From contig OZ024756.1 of the NCBI GenBank assembly GCA_964016885.1, positions 14,446,001-14,510,000 on the forward strand: DNA of 64,000 nt. Direction: 5' to 3'. Below the pieces are notes generated by a model. It searched no databases, was not told the DNA's origin, and saw only the letters and a program-made list of their open reading frames with translations. The position numbers were made by a program, and so were the translations under genes. Each line of letters opens with the position of its first letter. The stretch's first letter is position 1. Source of the stretch: Eledone cirrhosa. Lineage: Eukaryota. Shown in pieces: positions 38,963 through 53,269 of the stretch.

Positions 38963-39009
38963 TGCTTACAATTGTTTCCTCCAAACTGAGGTTTGGATTC
39001 TTCGGAGCA
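38963..39009 (-). ncRNA. Hammerhead motif, CCGAAGA core variant
   Basis: Minus strand TGCT-CCGAAGA-ATCCAAAC CTCA GTTTGGAG-GAAA-CAATTG-TA-AGCA. Confidence 0.55.
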
Positions 39010-39267
39010 ATTTATTAATGGATGATCACATATATGACCTCCTTTTCAACCCAAGAGACATACAGATACATATGCAAACATTGATGCTAGGCAGGTCGAC
39101 AACCAATATAATATTTAGTGTGGCAGTATACATTTAAAGGTTACATTCATATCCAAAGAGGATAAAATAAAAAATTAAGGTTAAAATACAACATGAAATT
39201 AATGCGATAGGATGGTATAACTACAAAAGGTTTTTTGTATTTGCATAACCATAAATAGTATCCTTAA

Positions 39268-39338
<71 letters not shown>

Positions 39339-39408
39339 ACAGATTCGAAACACTCGACAGATTTTCTGGAGTATAATATCAATGATATTAATAAATGGAA
39401 ATTATATT

Positions 39409-39469
39409 TATTCTATTATATATATTTCAAGGGTACCAAAACTTTGGTACGCTCTCATCAGATAAAATA
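39409..39469 (-). ncRNA. Type I hammerhead motif (left arm of foldback)
   Basis: Reverse complement of 39596-39656. Confidence 0.8.
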
Positions 39470-39595
39470 CAAAATTTGTTTTATAAATAGTGACATACCC
39501 TGGAATCAGACCTTAATGGTTCAGATTATCCAGATGGAACTTGAACCGTTAAAGTCTGATACCTGGGTATGTCACTATTTATAAAACAAATTTTG

Positions 39596-39656
39596 TATTT
39601 TATCTGATGAGAGCGTACCAAAGTTTTGGTACCCTTGAAATATATATAATAGAATA
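39596..39656 (+). ncRNA. Type I hammerhead motif (right arm of foldback)
   Basis: TATTTTAT-CTGATGA-GAGCGTACCAAA GT TTTGGTACCCTT-GAAA-TATATA-TA-ATAGAATA, overlapping AATAAA. Confidence 0.82.
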
Positions 39657-39961
39657 AATATGGTTTTTATAAATATAGTTTCCATTTATTAATATCATTT
39701 ATATATATATATTTATATATATAGACATATCTCAGTAACTGAAGATATAAAGCCAACATATCCTATTGCAAGTGTGTATCATATATGACACATTTTAAGG
39801 CAATTTAGCTTAATTAAAGCAGTGGTTACACTTCATCAAAGGTTTGTGGGTCCCATCATCTGTTTTAAGGAAATACTGTACATCTGTCTGCCTTTCCTTG
39901 TGTCAACCCTTTTAGTTACCCCATGCAACACCCTGTGAAAGCTGTCAATAACTTCTAGTGC

Positions 39962-40908
39962 CCACACAGGGATATGGTGTACCTACTATAAACCAGATAC
40001 ACAGGGATACAGTGTATCTATTGTAAACTAGATATACAGGGATATGGTGTACCTATTGTAAACCAGATATATACAGGGATACAGGGTACCTATTGTAAAC
40101 CAGATATAGACACGGATACAGTGTACCTATTGTAAACCAGATACACACAGGGCTACAGTGTACTATTGTAAACCAGATATACACAGGGATACAGTGTACC
40201 TATTGTAAACCTGATATACACAGGGATACAGTGTACCTATTGTAAACCAGATATACACAGGGATACAGTGTACCTATTGTAAACCAGATATACACAGGGA
40301 TACAGTGTACCTATTGTAAACCAGATAGACACAGGGATACAGTGTACCTATTGCAAACCAGATATACACAGGGATACAGTGTACCTATTGTAAACCAGAT
40401 ATACACAGGGATACAGTGTACCTATTGTAAACCAGATATAGATACGGATACAGTGTACCTATTGTAAACCAGATATACACAGGGATACAGTGTACCTATT
40501 GTAAACTAGATATACACAGGGATACAGTGTACCTATTGTAAACCAAGTACACAGGGATACAGTGTACCTATTGTAAACCAAGTACACAGGGATACAGTGT
40601 ACCTATTGTAAATCAGATATATACATGGATACAGTGTACCTATTGTAAACCAAGTACACAGGGATACAGTGTACCTATTGTAAACCAGATATACACAGGG
40701 ATACAGTGTACCTATTGTAAACCAGATACACACAGGGATATGGTGTACCTATTGTAAACCAGATATACACAGGGATACAGTGTACCTATTGTAAACCAAG
40801 TACACAGGGATACAGTGTACCTATTGTAAACCAGATATACACAGGGATACAGTGTACCTATTGTAAACCAGATATACACAGGGATACAGGGTACCTATTT
40901 TAAACCAG
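39962..40908. repeat. 37-bp minisatellite, about 26 copies
   Basis: Unit CACAGGGATACAGTGTACCTATTGTAAACCAGATATA. Confidence 0.95.
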
Positions 40909-41061
40909 TTAACTACAGTAACATGTATATCATTATATATTACATAAGGTAAATTTCTCCAAGTGTATCCATTAGAAAAGATGCACTGTACCCCTGCATG
41001 TCAAGAAACATCTAAAATGGTTGACCCCGGGAAAAGCACCTGGCAGAAAATACAGTGCCTC

Positions 41062-41093
<32 letters not shown>

Positions 41094-42445
41094 AAAAAGG
41101 AAAAAAAAAGACCATATGATGGTTATGAAGCTTATAATGGTGCATTGTAAGGGTAACCCATGCATTTGTAGGGACAATGGTCTTAAAAAGCCTCTGGTGT
41201 ATTATACAGTGATTAAATATTAACTGAATATGAAATGTAAAGTAAAAAAAAATTACTTTACATCATAAAAGATAGTTATTTAGAAGTTCTACTATGTTGG
41301 TATATTTAACAGTTACTTATAAGTTCCAAAGTTACAACATACTGGTATATTTAACCCATTAGCATTTAAACTAGCCGCATCCGGTCAGAATTCCATCACC
41401 TTTTTCTTTTCAAACTGACCGTAACTGGCCACTCATACTTATGTTAAGGTATCGTTCTCAAAATAAATAATATCAAAATCTCATAGACTTGATATTATGT
41501 GAGGTAAAGCCTTTACCATAAAAATATAATAGTAAATATAGAGTAATTTAAATGGCAAAGGGTTAACAGTTACTTATAAGTTTCACTATACTGGTATATT
41601 TAACAGTTACTTATAAGTTTCACTATACTGGTATATTTAACAGTTACTTATAAGTTTCACTATACTGGTATATTTAACAGTTACTTATAAGTTGAACCCT
41701 AACCCTAGTGGTTGCATAGGTGTCAAGACTAAAGCACCCAGCCCACACTGTAAAGTGGTTGTGTTGGTGACACAATAATAAGTGCCCAGCCCACATTGCA
41801 AAGTGGTTGTGTTGGCGACACATCAAAAAGCACCCAGCCCACACTATAAAGTAGTTGTGTTGGCAACACATCAAAAAGCACCCAGCCCACACTGCAAAGT
41901 GGTTGTGTTGGCGACACATCAAAAAGCACCCAGCCCACACTGTAAAGTGGTTGTGTTGGCGACATGACAAAAAGCACCCAGACCACACTGTAAAGTGGTG
42001 TTGTAGGTGTAGGTGACAAAAAGCACCCAGCACACACTGTAAGGTGCAGGTGACAAAAAGCACCCAGCACACACTGTAAATATGGTTGGCGTTAGGAAGG
42101 GCATCCAGCCATAGAAATGAAGCCAGAATCAGTTCTGTGTGAGCAAAACACGGTCCTATGACTTGGATCTCTCACAACGAGACAGCGCGTCCTACCCATG
42201 CTAGCGTGGAAAATGGATGTTTTACGATGATGATGCTGATGATGATGATGATGATAATGATGAAACTGAATATGAAATGTTGATAATGATGTAAAGTAAA
42301 AAAAAATTACTTTACATCATAATGATTTGTGACAAAAGAATTTGGCTGTTATTTCTAGCTGGTCAAGCAGCCACATGCTGGCTTCCTTCGCTTGGTTCTC
42401 CACTATTGGGTAAATAGTGGCTGTGTTTCTTCTACTAGAACTTAC

Positions 42446-42534
42446 CATACATGTATTCTTCAGTATCTGTTCATTGTTCATAATGGAACAATGGAATAAT
42501 GGTCCATAGTTGTTGAAGACACCACAGAGGGTAG
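42446..42534 (-). CDS. NEDD1: NEDD1 coding exon 2 ([30 protein letters not shown])
   Basis: 89 nt, phase 1 in and phase 0 out, exactly as required. Upstream TCCTTGAC branch site and CAG; donor GTAAGT. Confidence 0.8.
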
Positions 42535-42859
42535 CTGAGAGGTGGAGGGGGTCAAGGAGCAACAGTAATACATTATATACATACATACACATATATATAT
42601 ACACATACAATATTATATACATACACATATATACACATATATTTATACACACACATATATATATATACATACACTATTATATATACACACACACATATAT
42701 ATATATATACACTATTATATACACACACATGTATATATATATATATATATATATATACATACACTATTATATACACACACATATATATATATATACACAT
42801 ATTTATACATACACTATTATATAAACACACATATATATATATATACATACATTATATAT

Positions 42860-42898
<39 letters not shown>

Positions 42899-43119
42899 CA
42901 CTATTATATATACACACATGTATATATATATATATATATACATACACTATTATATATACACACACATATATATATACACACATATATATATATATATACA
43001 CACGTGTATATATATATATATATATATATACATACAATATTAAATACACATATATATATATAATTATATACACACATATATATATATACATACAATATTA
43101 TATACACTATCTAATACAT

Positions 43120-43169
<50 letters not shown>

Positions 43170-43238
43170 TATTATATATACACACATGTGTATATAGAAA
43201 ACATACTTTAAAAAAAAAAAAATAAGACACCAGGATTT

Positions 43239-43299
43239 TTTCATTCTGATGATTGAAAGCAACATTTTTTTGCTTTTAAGAAACCACTGGTAAATGAAA
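43239..43299 (+). ncRNA. Type I hammerhead motif
   Basis: TTTCATT-CTGATGA-TTGAAAGCAA CATTTTT TTGCTTTTAA-GAAA-CCACTGG-TA-AATGAAA; 7-bp stem I, 10-bp stem II. Confidence 0.82.
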
Positions 43300-43467
43300 T
43301 AATTGCCTTATGTTGTTTATTACATAACTATTTAGCTCTGTTACCTACATAGAGTACTCTTTTTTCCTGGACTTTTCCGACGGAATTACTTCATTCACAC
43401 ACATATATATCTATATATATCTATATAGATATATATATATATATGTGTGTATATATATATATCTATA

Positions 43468-44336
43468 TCATCATCATCATCGTTTAACGTCCATGTTTCA
43501 CGCTTGCATGGGTTTGGACGGGAGTTTTCCCACTTCAGGCAAGAGTGGTTGTCTTGCTCGCATAGGACTGTCTGGCGGGTTTTCTACAGCTGGATTCCCT
43601 TCCTAACACCAACCACATTTACAGTGTGGGGCTGGGAGGTTTTTACCGTGTTGCCTACACGGCCACATTACAGCGTGGACTGTCTGGCGGGTTTTCTACA
43701 GCTGGATGCCCTTCCTAACACCAACCACATTTACAGTGTGGGGCTGGGAGGTTTTTACCGTGTTGCCTACACGGCCACATTACAGCGTGGACTGTCTGGC
43801 GGGTTTTCTACAGCTGGATGCCCTTCCTAACACCAACCACATTTACAGTGTGGGGCTGGGAGGTTTTTACCGTGTTGCCTACACGGCCACATTACAGCGT
43901 GGACTGTGTGTTTTTTTGTCGTGACACCTACACGATCTCATTTGTTTCAGCCTGGATGTTGTGGCACCAACATAACTTTACATTGAAAGGGGCGGTGTGG
44001 ATGGGGTGGGGGTGGTGGGACGGGGGTGTATTTTGTTAGAGATGCCTACTGACTGTAGTAGGTTTTACTTTGTATTTAGGTAAGGCGGGTCTTCTCTATT
44101 ACTGAGTACCGCCAAAGATCTCGGTCCAGTGACATTGTCTTGGAGGTGTAAATGTGTGAGGTCGGAATTTATCAGGTCGTCCCAGGTTTTTCTGGTTCTG
44201 CCTACTCCGTGGCTACCGTCTATCTTTATTGCCCTGCACTTTGTTATACAGCTGTCGTCTTTCATGCGCATCACGTGACCATACCAACGTAGCCTTCTCT
44301 CGAGTAAACAACATCTGATCCCTCTTATTTCTAATT
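43468..44336 (-). mobile_element. RTE LINE 3' end, same family; 112-bp unit triplicated in the UTR
   Basis: Near-identical to 3655-4290; 5' end abuts (TA)n. Confidence 0.9.
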
Positions 44337-44340
44337 TATA

Positions 44341-44371
<31 letters not shown>

Positions 44372-44386
44372 GCATATATATATATC

Positions 44387-44914
44387 AATATATATGATAA
44401 ACACAAAACGTGTTTGTATTGTAACAGACAAAGTTAGCTAGCATGAAATAAACTAATTAAAGTGAATACAATTTGTCTGTCTCGATATAAGTCAATAAAG
44501 ACAAGCTTATATTGGCAAAAGCTGTGATTCCTGGACAAATTTAAATTTCAAAATCCAAACCCGCTCCGTAGATGAATTTGAACTTCGAAACCCAAATATG
44601 TTTCGCAACGATGGGTTTCGAAGTTCAAATTCATCTACGGAGCAGGTTTGGATTTTGAAATTTAAATTTGTCCAGGAATCACAGCTTTTGCCAATATAAG
44701 CTTGTCTTTATTGACTTATATCGAGACAGACAAATTGTATTCACTTTAATTAGTTTATTTCAAGCTAGCTAACTTTGTCTGTTACAATACAAACATGTTT
44801 TGTGTTTATCATATATATTAATATATAACTTGTATTTCACTGCTCGGAAATGCCTCTTTCTTTGAGCTGATTAATTGTAAACGACTATGAGTTTAATCTC
44901 TAAATATAATATAG

Positions 44915-44915
<1 letters not shown>
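44387..44915. repeat. Asymmetric inverted repeat (~205-bp arms plus tail) between (TA)n tracts
   Basis: 44387-44594 vs 44612-44819; related shorter copy at 8695-8880. Confidence 0.9.
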
Positions 44916-44945
<30 letters not shown>

Positions 44946-44958
44946 GTATATATATATA

Positions 44959-45057
<99 letters not shown>

Positions 45058-45094
45058 CTGTATATATATATATGTGTATATATATATGTATATA

Positions 45095-45126
<32 letters not shown>

Positions 45127-45740
45127 GGTCAAGAAACCCCTTTTTTGTGATTTGTCTCCCCACCACCATCATTTTGTTAGCATTTAATTTTGTTTATAAT
45201 AAAAGTGAAATATAATACAAAGCCCCAAACCTTGTCACAATCCACCCTCCACCCCTTATATCTTTTCCCTTCTCTATCTACCCCACCATTCTCTATGCCA
45301 ATCTGCACCACCTACTATCTATCCTCTTCTTTATCCCCCACCACCTCTACACCCCCCACCACTACCACCATTTATCTGTACCCCCATCCCCTCTATCACC
45401 TACTCTCTCCTTACTTTTCTACCCCCCCCCCCCCCCGACCCTTTCTGCCTCTACTACTGCCATCACTTACATACAGCCCTTACTTAACTACCTTGCCACA
45501 AAGCCAGCAAGAACACAAGAGAAATAGGAATAATAAAGGAAGGAAGGAAGAGAGAAAGGAACTAGCTGCCCTGCCCTGCCCTGCCCTGCCCTCCCCTGGC
45601 AGGCCAGGCTCAGCCAAACCCTGCTCTACCCTACCTTGGATACAGCAATCCTACATCATTTTGTAAAGATGACAGATGTTAATGTAAACATAACACAGCA
45701 TTTATGAGCTTGGCGCCACTGAAGTGTGTGGGAGACATTT

Positions 45741-45778
<38 letters not shown>

Positions 45779-45779
45779 G

Positions 45780-45821
<42 letters not shown>

Positions 45822-45832
45822 TATATATACAT

Positions 45833-45905
<73 letters not shown>

Positions 45906-46949
45906 TATATACATACACACACATATATATATACATACACACATACACATATATATATATACACACACACACATATATATATATACACACACATATATAT
46001 ATACACACATATATATACATACACACACACACACACACATATATATACACACACACACACATATATACATACACACACACACACATATATATACATACAC
46101 ACACACACAGATATATACACACATATATATATATGTACACACACACACACATATATATACATACACACACATATATATATACACACACATATATATATAC
46201 ACACACACACACATATATATATATATACAACACACACACACACATATATATATAGAGAGAGTTTCTACTTTTGGCACAAGACCAGCAATTACCCAGTACA
46301 TTACTGGTACTTTATTTTATCGACCTCGTAAGGATGAAAGGCAAAGTTAACCTCAGCGGGATTTGAACTCAGAACGTAAAGGGCCATAACTATGCTGCAA
46401 AACATGGTGTCTGACGCTCCACTGATACAGCCAAATATATATATATATACACATATATATATATATATACACATATATATATATATATATACACATATAT
46501 ATATATATATATATACACATATATGGAGGCACATGGCTTAGTGGTTAGAGCATTGGCCTTGCAATCGAAAGGTTGTGAGTTCAATTCTCAGACCGGGTGA
46601 TGTGTTGTTTCCTTGAGCAAGACACTTTATTTCACATTGCTCCAGTTTACTCAGCTGTAGAAATGAGATGATAGGGACTGGGTTCCCTATCATTCCACTG
46701 CAAAGTGGACGTGTAGGCGCCACGGCAAAAAAGCACCCGGCACTCACTGTAAATGAGGTTGGTGTTAGGAAGGGCATCCAGCTGTAGAAATCAAGCCAAA
46801 ATCAGTTCCCGTCCCACCCTTGCAAGCAGGGAAAAGCGGACATAAAATGAAATGAATGAATGAATATATATATATAGGATATCTAAAGGGTTAAAACAAT
46901 ATATGCATGCATAGGTTGATGTGTCTGTTTCTATATACACTATACATAC

Positions 46950-47492
46950 ATCATCATCATCACCATTTTACGTCCGTTCTTCCATGCTAGCATGGGTTAG
47001 ACGGGTTGTCCTGTCGTGGGCAGTGTCTGGTCGGCTGACCATGCCTTGCTCATACGGGAACTGATTTTGGCTTGATTTCTACAGCTGGATGCCCTTCCTA
47101 ACACCAACCTCATTTACAGTGAGTGCTGGGTGCTTTTTGGCTGTGGCACCTCCACGACCACTTTGCAGTGAGAGGGTGTAGGGGCATATTGTCTATATGC
47201 TTCAGCTTGTACCCATGAGAGGTCGGGTACTCTGTGTTACTGCGTGACGCCAGAGGTGTAATTGGGTAAGGTTGGCTTTTATCACCTCATCCCAGGTCTT
47301 CTTGGGTCTCCCCACTCCGCGGTTTCCATTGACTTCTAGTGCTCTGCATCTTTTTATGCAGTTGTCATCCTTCATAAGCATCACATGTCCATACCAACGC
47401 AACCGCCTCTCCTGCACACAGCATTTGATTCCTCTTATGCTCAGTCTCTCTCTCAATTCATGTATGCTTTGCCGTTCGCATATATTACTACA
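46950..47492 (-). mobile_element. RTE 3' fragment joined to a SINE-type tail
   Basis: ERRLRWYGHVMLMKDDNCIKRCRALEV...GRPKKTW. Confidence 0.8.
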
Positions 47493-47817
47493 TATAAATA
47501 TATATTTATACATATATCATCATCATCGTCTAAGGTCCATCATCCACACTAGCATGGGTTTTGTTCCATTTGATGCAGGATTGGTCAGGAGACTGTGTCT
47601 CGCAGGTACGGAAGTGTCTCTGGCAGGCTTTCAATGGCTGGATGCCCTTCCTAACACCAACCACTTTTACAGTGTGGACTGGGAGCCCTTTTACCGTGTC
47701 TCCTACATGGCCACCTTACAGTGTGGGCTGTTGCGTCATCGACACAGTGGACAGAATGGGAGAGGGAGGATGTGGTAGGGTGTGTGGGTGGGTGTATATT
47801 GGGTTAAGATATACAAT

Positions 47818-48810
47818 ATCATCATCATCATCAGGTTTAGCGTCCGTGTTCCACGCTTGCATGGGTTTGGACGGGGGTTTTCTAGTTGGATGCCCTTCCT
47901 AACACCAACCACATTTACAGTGTGGGGCTGGGAGGTTTTTACCGTGTTGCCTACACGGCCACATTACAGCGTGGACTGTCTGGCGGGTTTTCTACAGCTG
48001 GATGCCCTTCCTAACACCAACCACATTTACAGTGTGGGGATGGGAGGTTTTTACCGTGTTGCCTACACGGCCACATTTACAGCGTGGACTGTGTGTTTTT
48101 TGTCGTGACACCTACACGATCTCATTTGTTTCGGCCTGGATGTTGTGGGACCAACATAACTTTACATTGAAAGGGGCGGTGTGGGTGGGGTGGAGGTGGT
48201 GGGACGGGGGTGTGTTTTGATAGAGATGCCTACTGACTGTAGTAGGTTTTTACTTTGTATTTAGGTAAGGCGGGTCTTCTCTATTACTGAGTACCGCCAA
48301 AGGTCTCGGTCCAGTGACATTGTCTTGGAGAGGTGTAAGCGTGTGAGGTCGGAATTTATCAGCTCGTCCCATGTTTTTCTGGGTCTGCCTACTCCGTGGC
48401 TACCGTCTATCTTTATTGCCCTGCACTTTGTTATACAGCTGTCGTCTTTCATGCGCATCACGTGACCGTACCAACGTAGCCTTCTCTCGAGTAAACAACA
48501 TCTGATCCCTCTTATTTCTAATTTTTTCCTTAGTTCGTTTATGCTTTGCCGTTCACGTATATTACTATTGCACATCCAGCGGAGCATGCAAGCTTCGTTC
48601 CTCTCTAGTCTGCGTATATCCTCTGCACACAATGCCCAGGTCTCACTGCCATGCAGCATTGCTGTTCGTATGCAGGCATCGTATAACCTGCCTTTCATTT
48701 TTAGGGAGAACCCTCTAGCGGCTAATAGTGGTATAAGCTCTCTGAACTTTTTCCATCCAGTTCTGACTCTAGCTACTGTACTTTCAGAGCACCCTCCTCC
48801 ACTGCTAATT
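47818..48810 (-). mobile_element. RTE LINE 3' end, same family
   Basis: ORF 48261-48810 is nearly identical to the C-terminus of the 4048-6057 ORF; 5' end at (TA)n. Confidence 0.9.
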
Positions 48811-48817
48811 CTTTTTT

Positions 48818-48879
<62 letters not shown>

Positions 48880-48959
48880 CATCCTGTTGAGGGTCTTTGC
48901 CACAAGTGACGTCAGTGAGATCCCCCTGTAGTTGTTGGTGTTAGAGAGATCTCCCTTCT

Positions 48960-49330
48960 TTGGCACTCAGATGGTGGATGGGTGCTACACGAGAATGCTG
49001 AGGATGGCTCTGAACATTAATCAGTATACACTGAGGATGAAAAACTCAGAGCTGTATGGGAGCCTCCCAAAAGTCAGCTCAAAAGTGACACAGAGGAGAC
49101 TGGGGTTAGCTGGACATGCTCACCGACATCCAGAGTTGACATTGCACTCGGTGCTCCTGTGGGAGCCTCTACATGGATGCACTGGAAGAGGAAGACCAAG
49201 GTTAACGTATGTTGATGCCCTAAGGACAGACACTGGTCTGTTGGAGACGCAGGACATGGCAGTGATAATGAGGGACAGAGACCGCTGGAGAGAACTCGTC
49301 CATGGATCTCGGGAATTTTACCCGCTCTAG
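48960..49330 (+). mobile_element. LINE 3' fragment (RTE-related); short inverted copy at 53072-53148
   Basis: DGCYTRMLRMALNI...RRLGLAGHAHRH...GRGRPRLTYVD...DRDRWR. Confidence 0.75.
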
Positions 49331-50884
49331 ATATAGATAGATAGATATATATACATATACATACATGGAGGCACATGGCTTAGTGGTTAGAGCATTGGCC
49401 TTGCAATCGAAAGGTTGCGAGTTCAATTCTCAGACCGGGCGATGTGTTGTGTCCTTGAGCAAGACACTTTATTTCACATTGCTCCAGTTTACTCAGCTGT
49501 AGAAATGAGACGATAGGGACTGGGGTCCCTATCATTCCACTGCAAAGTGGTCGTGGAGATGCCATGGCAAAAAAGCACCCAGCACTCACTGTAAATGAGG
49601 TTGGTGATAGGAAGGGCATCCAGCTGTAGAAATCAAGCCAAAATCAGTTCCCGTCCCACCCTTGCAAGCAGGGAAAAAGCGGACGTAAAATGAAATGAAA
49701 TGAAACATACATATACATATACACCACATACATACCTGTGTGTTTGTGATGTATACAAACATGCTTGCATAGGGAAAAATGGACGTTAAATGTTGATAAT
49801 ATACACATCCTACACCTCCTTCTTCTCACCATCATTATAGTTTTTCCTACTGACATGGGTTGGATGTTCAGTACAATCTGAGTTTTTATTTAAAGTTATG
49901 GCCTGTTAGACAGGTCAGGGAGATCTTTCTCTCTGTCTCATACATCCATTTTGGCATGGTTTCTACAGCTGGATGCCCTTTTTAACATCAACCACTTTTA
50001 CAAAGTGCACTGTGTTCATTTTATCATGGCATCAACACTAAAGACACCTCTCTGCCCTAAGTTGTCTCCCTTTGTTCAAGACGTGACCAAAAGGGTCAAC
50101 AGAAAAGATTGGTGAAAACAAAAGTGAAACCAATATGAGAGGGATAGAGGGAATAACTTGGGCATGGTATAGCAAGCATTGCACATGCCATTGGTACCAC
50201 TTGAAGGGGGATCTCATTTGAATTAGGATCACTTTCTATTAAAGTCAGATAAGCTATCATCAGAGTAAAAATAGAAACTTCTTCAGATATTTGATCTGTC
50301 TTTCATTAATATGGGTGAGACGCACTATGGTGGCTGGATCATGAAACCATTTATATAAACTAGCGGGACCCGTGGAATTCCACGGACGAAAAAATTAAGT
50401 GGAGCTATTTAAGAGACATTTGTCAAGTTGCATATTATCTTGTATCTCCTGTTGTCTTAATCTACCTTGCTCTAGAAAGATATACCTCTGTTCTTCATTC
50501 ATTTCATACACACACTCACACAAGTGTAAGCTAATCTTGGAATGCTTGTCGCTATAGCGTTTTACCACCCCTTCCCTCCTCAATCAAGTGCAAGTTGGAG
50601 ACCACCTTCTGTCGAGTTAATCCTACACCTGCCAGTCACAAAACCGCTTCCAATCCGGATATGCATGTCAATCTTGTGTATGAAAATAATACTTTATGCG
50701 GTTTTGTGCCTAAGTTAAAACATACAATTCAGTATCATTACTACAATTGTTAATACTACAGCCAATACCACCACCAGAACCTATACCACTACCATCAATA
50801 CCACCACCACCACCACCACCACCACTACCTACTACAATCAATAACACCACCAATGTGCATTGCTCGATATATGGTGGTGGTGGT

Positions 50885-52920
50885 GATCAATGCAGAAGGT
50901 ATGGCTAAAACAGTGAAAGATCTCGACACTGAGGTCATATTAGTACAGGAAACCTATATTGGATGTTGAAAGCTGCTCTAAGCTTCGCCTCTATGGGTAC
51001 AAGCTCATTGCTGCAGTTCCCCACTTGAAATATGGTGCTGCCACTTACATTAGGCATGCTATTACAGAATTTTTTGTTCTTCATGAACCCTGCAGGGATA
51101 ACATATTTATCACTACTGTGAGAATTGGGGACCTCACCATCACTAATGTGCACAAGCTGCTAAGAAGTACTTGCTCTGAAAGTCCACTCCCATCTGGAAC
51201 TGCATGCTGACAACTTCAACAGCCATCACTCTCCATGGGGCTATACCACAGATTATGAGACTGGGGAATGGTTTGACACATGGGATTCAGCCTGTGACTG
51301 CTATCTACTCCATGATGCCAATGAACCTGGCATGTTCCATTCTAGTCGCTGGAACCCGGACTGGCTGGCCTCTCTCTTTAGTCATCCACTCAATTGGAGT
51401 TATCCCAAGGTCATCACCATCCTGAAACCTGGGAAACCTGCAAGTTATCAGCCAATATCTCTCCTCTGTACCTCTTACAAGCTATTTAAACAGCTCCTCT
51501 TGGTTAGGCTTGGACCTTTAGTAGAACCAACCCTGCGTAAGGAGCAAGCAGGCTTCAGAGCACAAAGGAGTTGCACTGATCAAGTCCTTGCTCTCACTAC
51601 CTTCATCAAGGCTGGCTACCAATGAGGTCTCAACACAGGGCTGCTCTGACTTCTCTTCTACTTTACATACAATACTGTATGGAGATGCAGCCTCCTTCTG
51701 AAGGCCTGTCATATCATTAAGTGCAGGCAACTGTGAACATCCTTGCTTCCATACTCAGGAACAAATGATTCAGAGTAAGTTCAACCAGAAGCCTGAATGA
51801 TGGCTTTTGCTAAGGTTCCGTCCTGGCACCAATGCTCTTTAACATCTATGTGAGTGATATGCCCAAGACAACCTCGAGGTAATTTGCATACACAGATGAC
51901 CTTGCCTCAGCTACCCAATCTACTGACTTTGACACTCAACTTTACACTCACAGAAGACCCAAAGATGGAGGACTACTACTCCCACTGATGCCTTCAGTCC
52001 AACCCAAGCATGACCACTATGACAGCTTTCCGTCTCGGCTCCAGACAAGCCAGGATGGAACTCAAGGTCTCATTCTGTGGTAGATCTGTCACAAATGAAC
52101 CACACCCCAAATATATTGGTGTAACATTGAATCGCAGCCTGACCTACCGAGAGCACTTAAAGAAGGTTCCTGAAGAGCTCAAGACCAGGATTAATATCAT
52201 CCACAAGCTGGCAGTAAACATCTGGGGGGTCTGATGCACACACACTCTGAATTGCGTGCTTAGCACTTTCATACTCAGTTGTAGATTACTCTTCTCCAGT
52301 CTGGGCAGGGAGCTGCCATGCCAAGCAAGCTGACACCATCCACAACTCAGCAATGAGAATAGTATCTGGCACACTGAAATCTACACCTACTCAGTGGCTG
52401 AGTACCCTTTCTCATATAGCTCCTTCTCATATCCAGCGTCAGTAGATGATTCGCGAAGCAGCAGTTCTTTCCAAGCCCAACCTTCCCCTCAATGAAGATC
52501 TGGAAAAGCTTCCCAACATGTGCTTGAAATCATGCAAACCATTCTGGGAATCAATGAAGACCCTTCAGGACAATAACTTTGATCTAAAGGAAGAGTGGCG
52601 AAGATCGCGGATTGAGTTCAAATTTGCCAACCAGGACCTCGTCCAGTATCCCACTTTGAAACTAGCTGGCTTTGACCTTCCCAGAAAGCAATGGATGTCT
52701 CAAAATCAGATCCACACAACACATACCAAGACAGCCTATCATCTCCATTGATGGAAAATTAATAAGAGCCCAGTATATGACTGTGGGGACCCTGATCAGA
52801 CAGTACTGCACGATGTTCGGGATTGCCCTTTCAGATATTTTCCTGGTGGCCTGGAGGCAGTCCATAATGCTTGATGCCTTGGTCTGGCTCGCCTGCCTAC
52901 TCTGCGTATGTCATACAAGA
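50885..52920 (+). mobile_element. Decayed LINE, Vingi/Ingi-like (EN + RT remnants)
   Basis: VILVQET, DNFNSHH, KPGKPASYQPISLL, EQAGFR, GSVLAPMLFNIY, YTDDL, KYIGVTLNRSLTY, GFDLPRKQW; many stops. Confidence 0.78.
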
Positions 52921-53209
52921 ACCACCACCGTCACTACCACCATCATCAATATCCCCATTAATATCACCATTCCTTCTAGTATAAACATAAACAAAAACAA
53001 ACAACTCTCTATATATATTTACACACACACACACATATATATATACATATATATATATATATACATATATCTTCTAGGGCGGGTAAAATTTCCAAGATCC
53101 ATGGACGAGTTCTCTCCAGCGATCTCTGTCCCTCATTATCGCTGCCAGATAATATATATATATATCAATGATATTAATAAATGGAAACTATATTTATAAA
53201 AACCATATT

Positions 53210-53269
53210 TATTCTATTATATATATTTCAAGGGTACCAACATTTGGTACGCTCTCATCAGATAAAATA
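53210..53269 (-). ncRNA. Type I hammerhead motif (same family as 39409/39596)
   Basis: Same core and stems; differs only in the stem II loop. Confidence 0.8.

Noticed and set aside
45656-46350. YI/CV/HT-repeat ORFs here and at 17247, 42510, 44887, 61142
   Set aside because: (TA)n/(CA)n microsatellite translations.
50215-50295. Minus-strand CTGAAGA/CTGATGA...GAAA motif
   Set aside because: No consistent stem I or stem II pairing.
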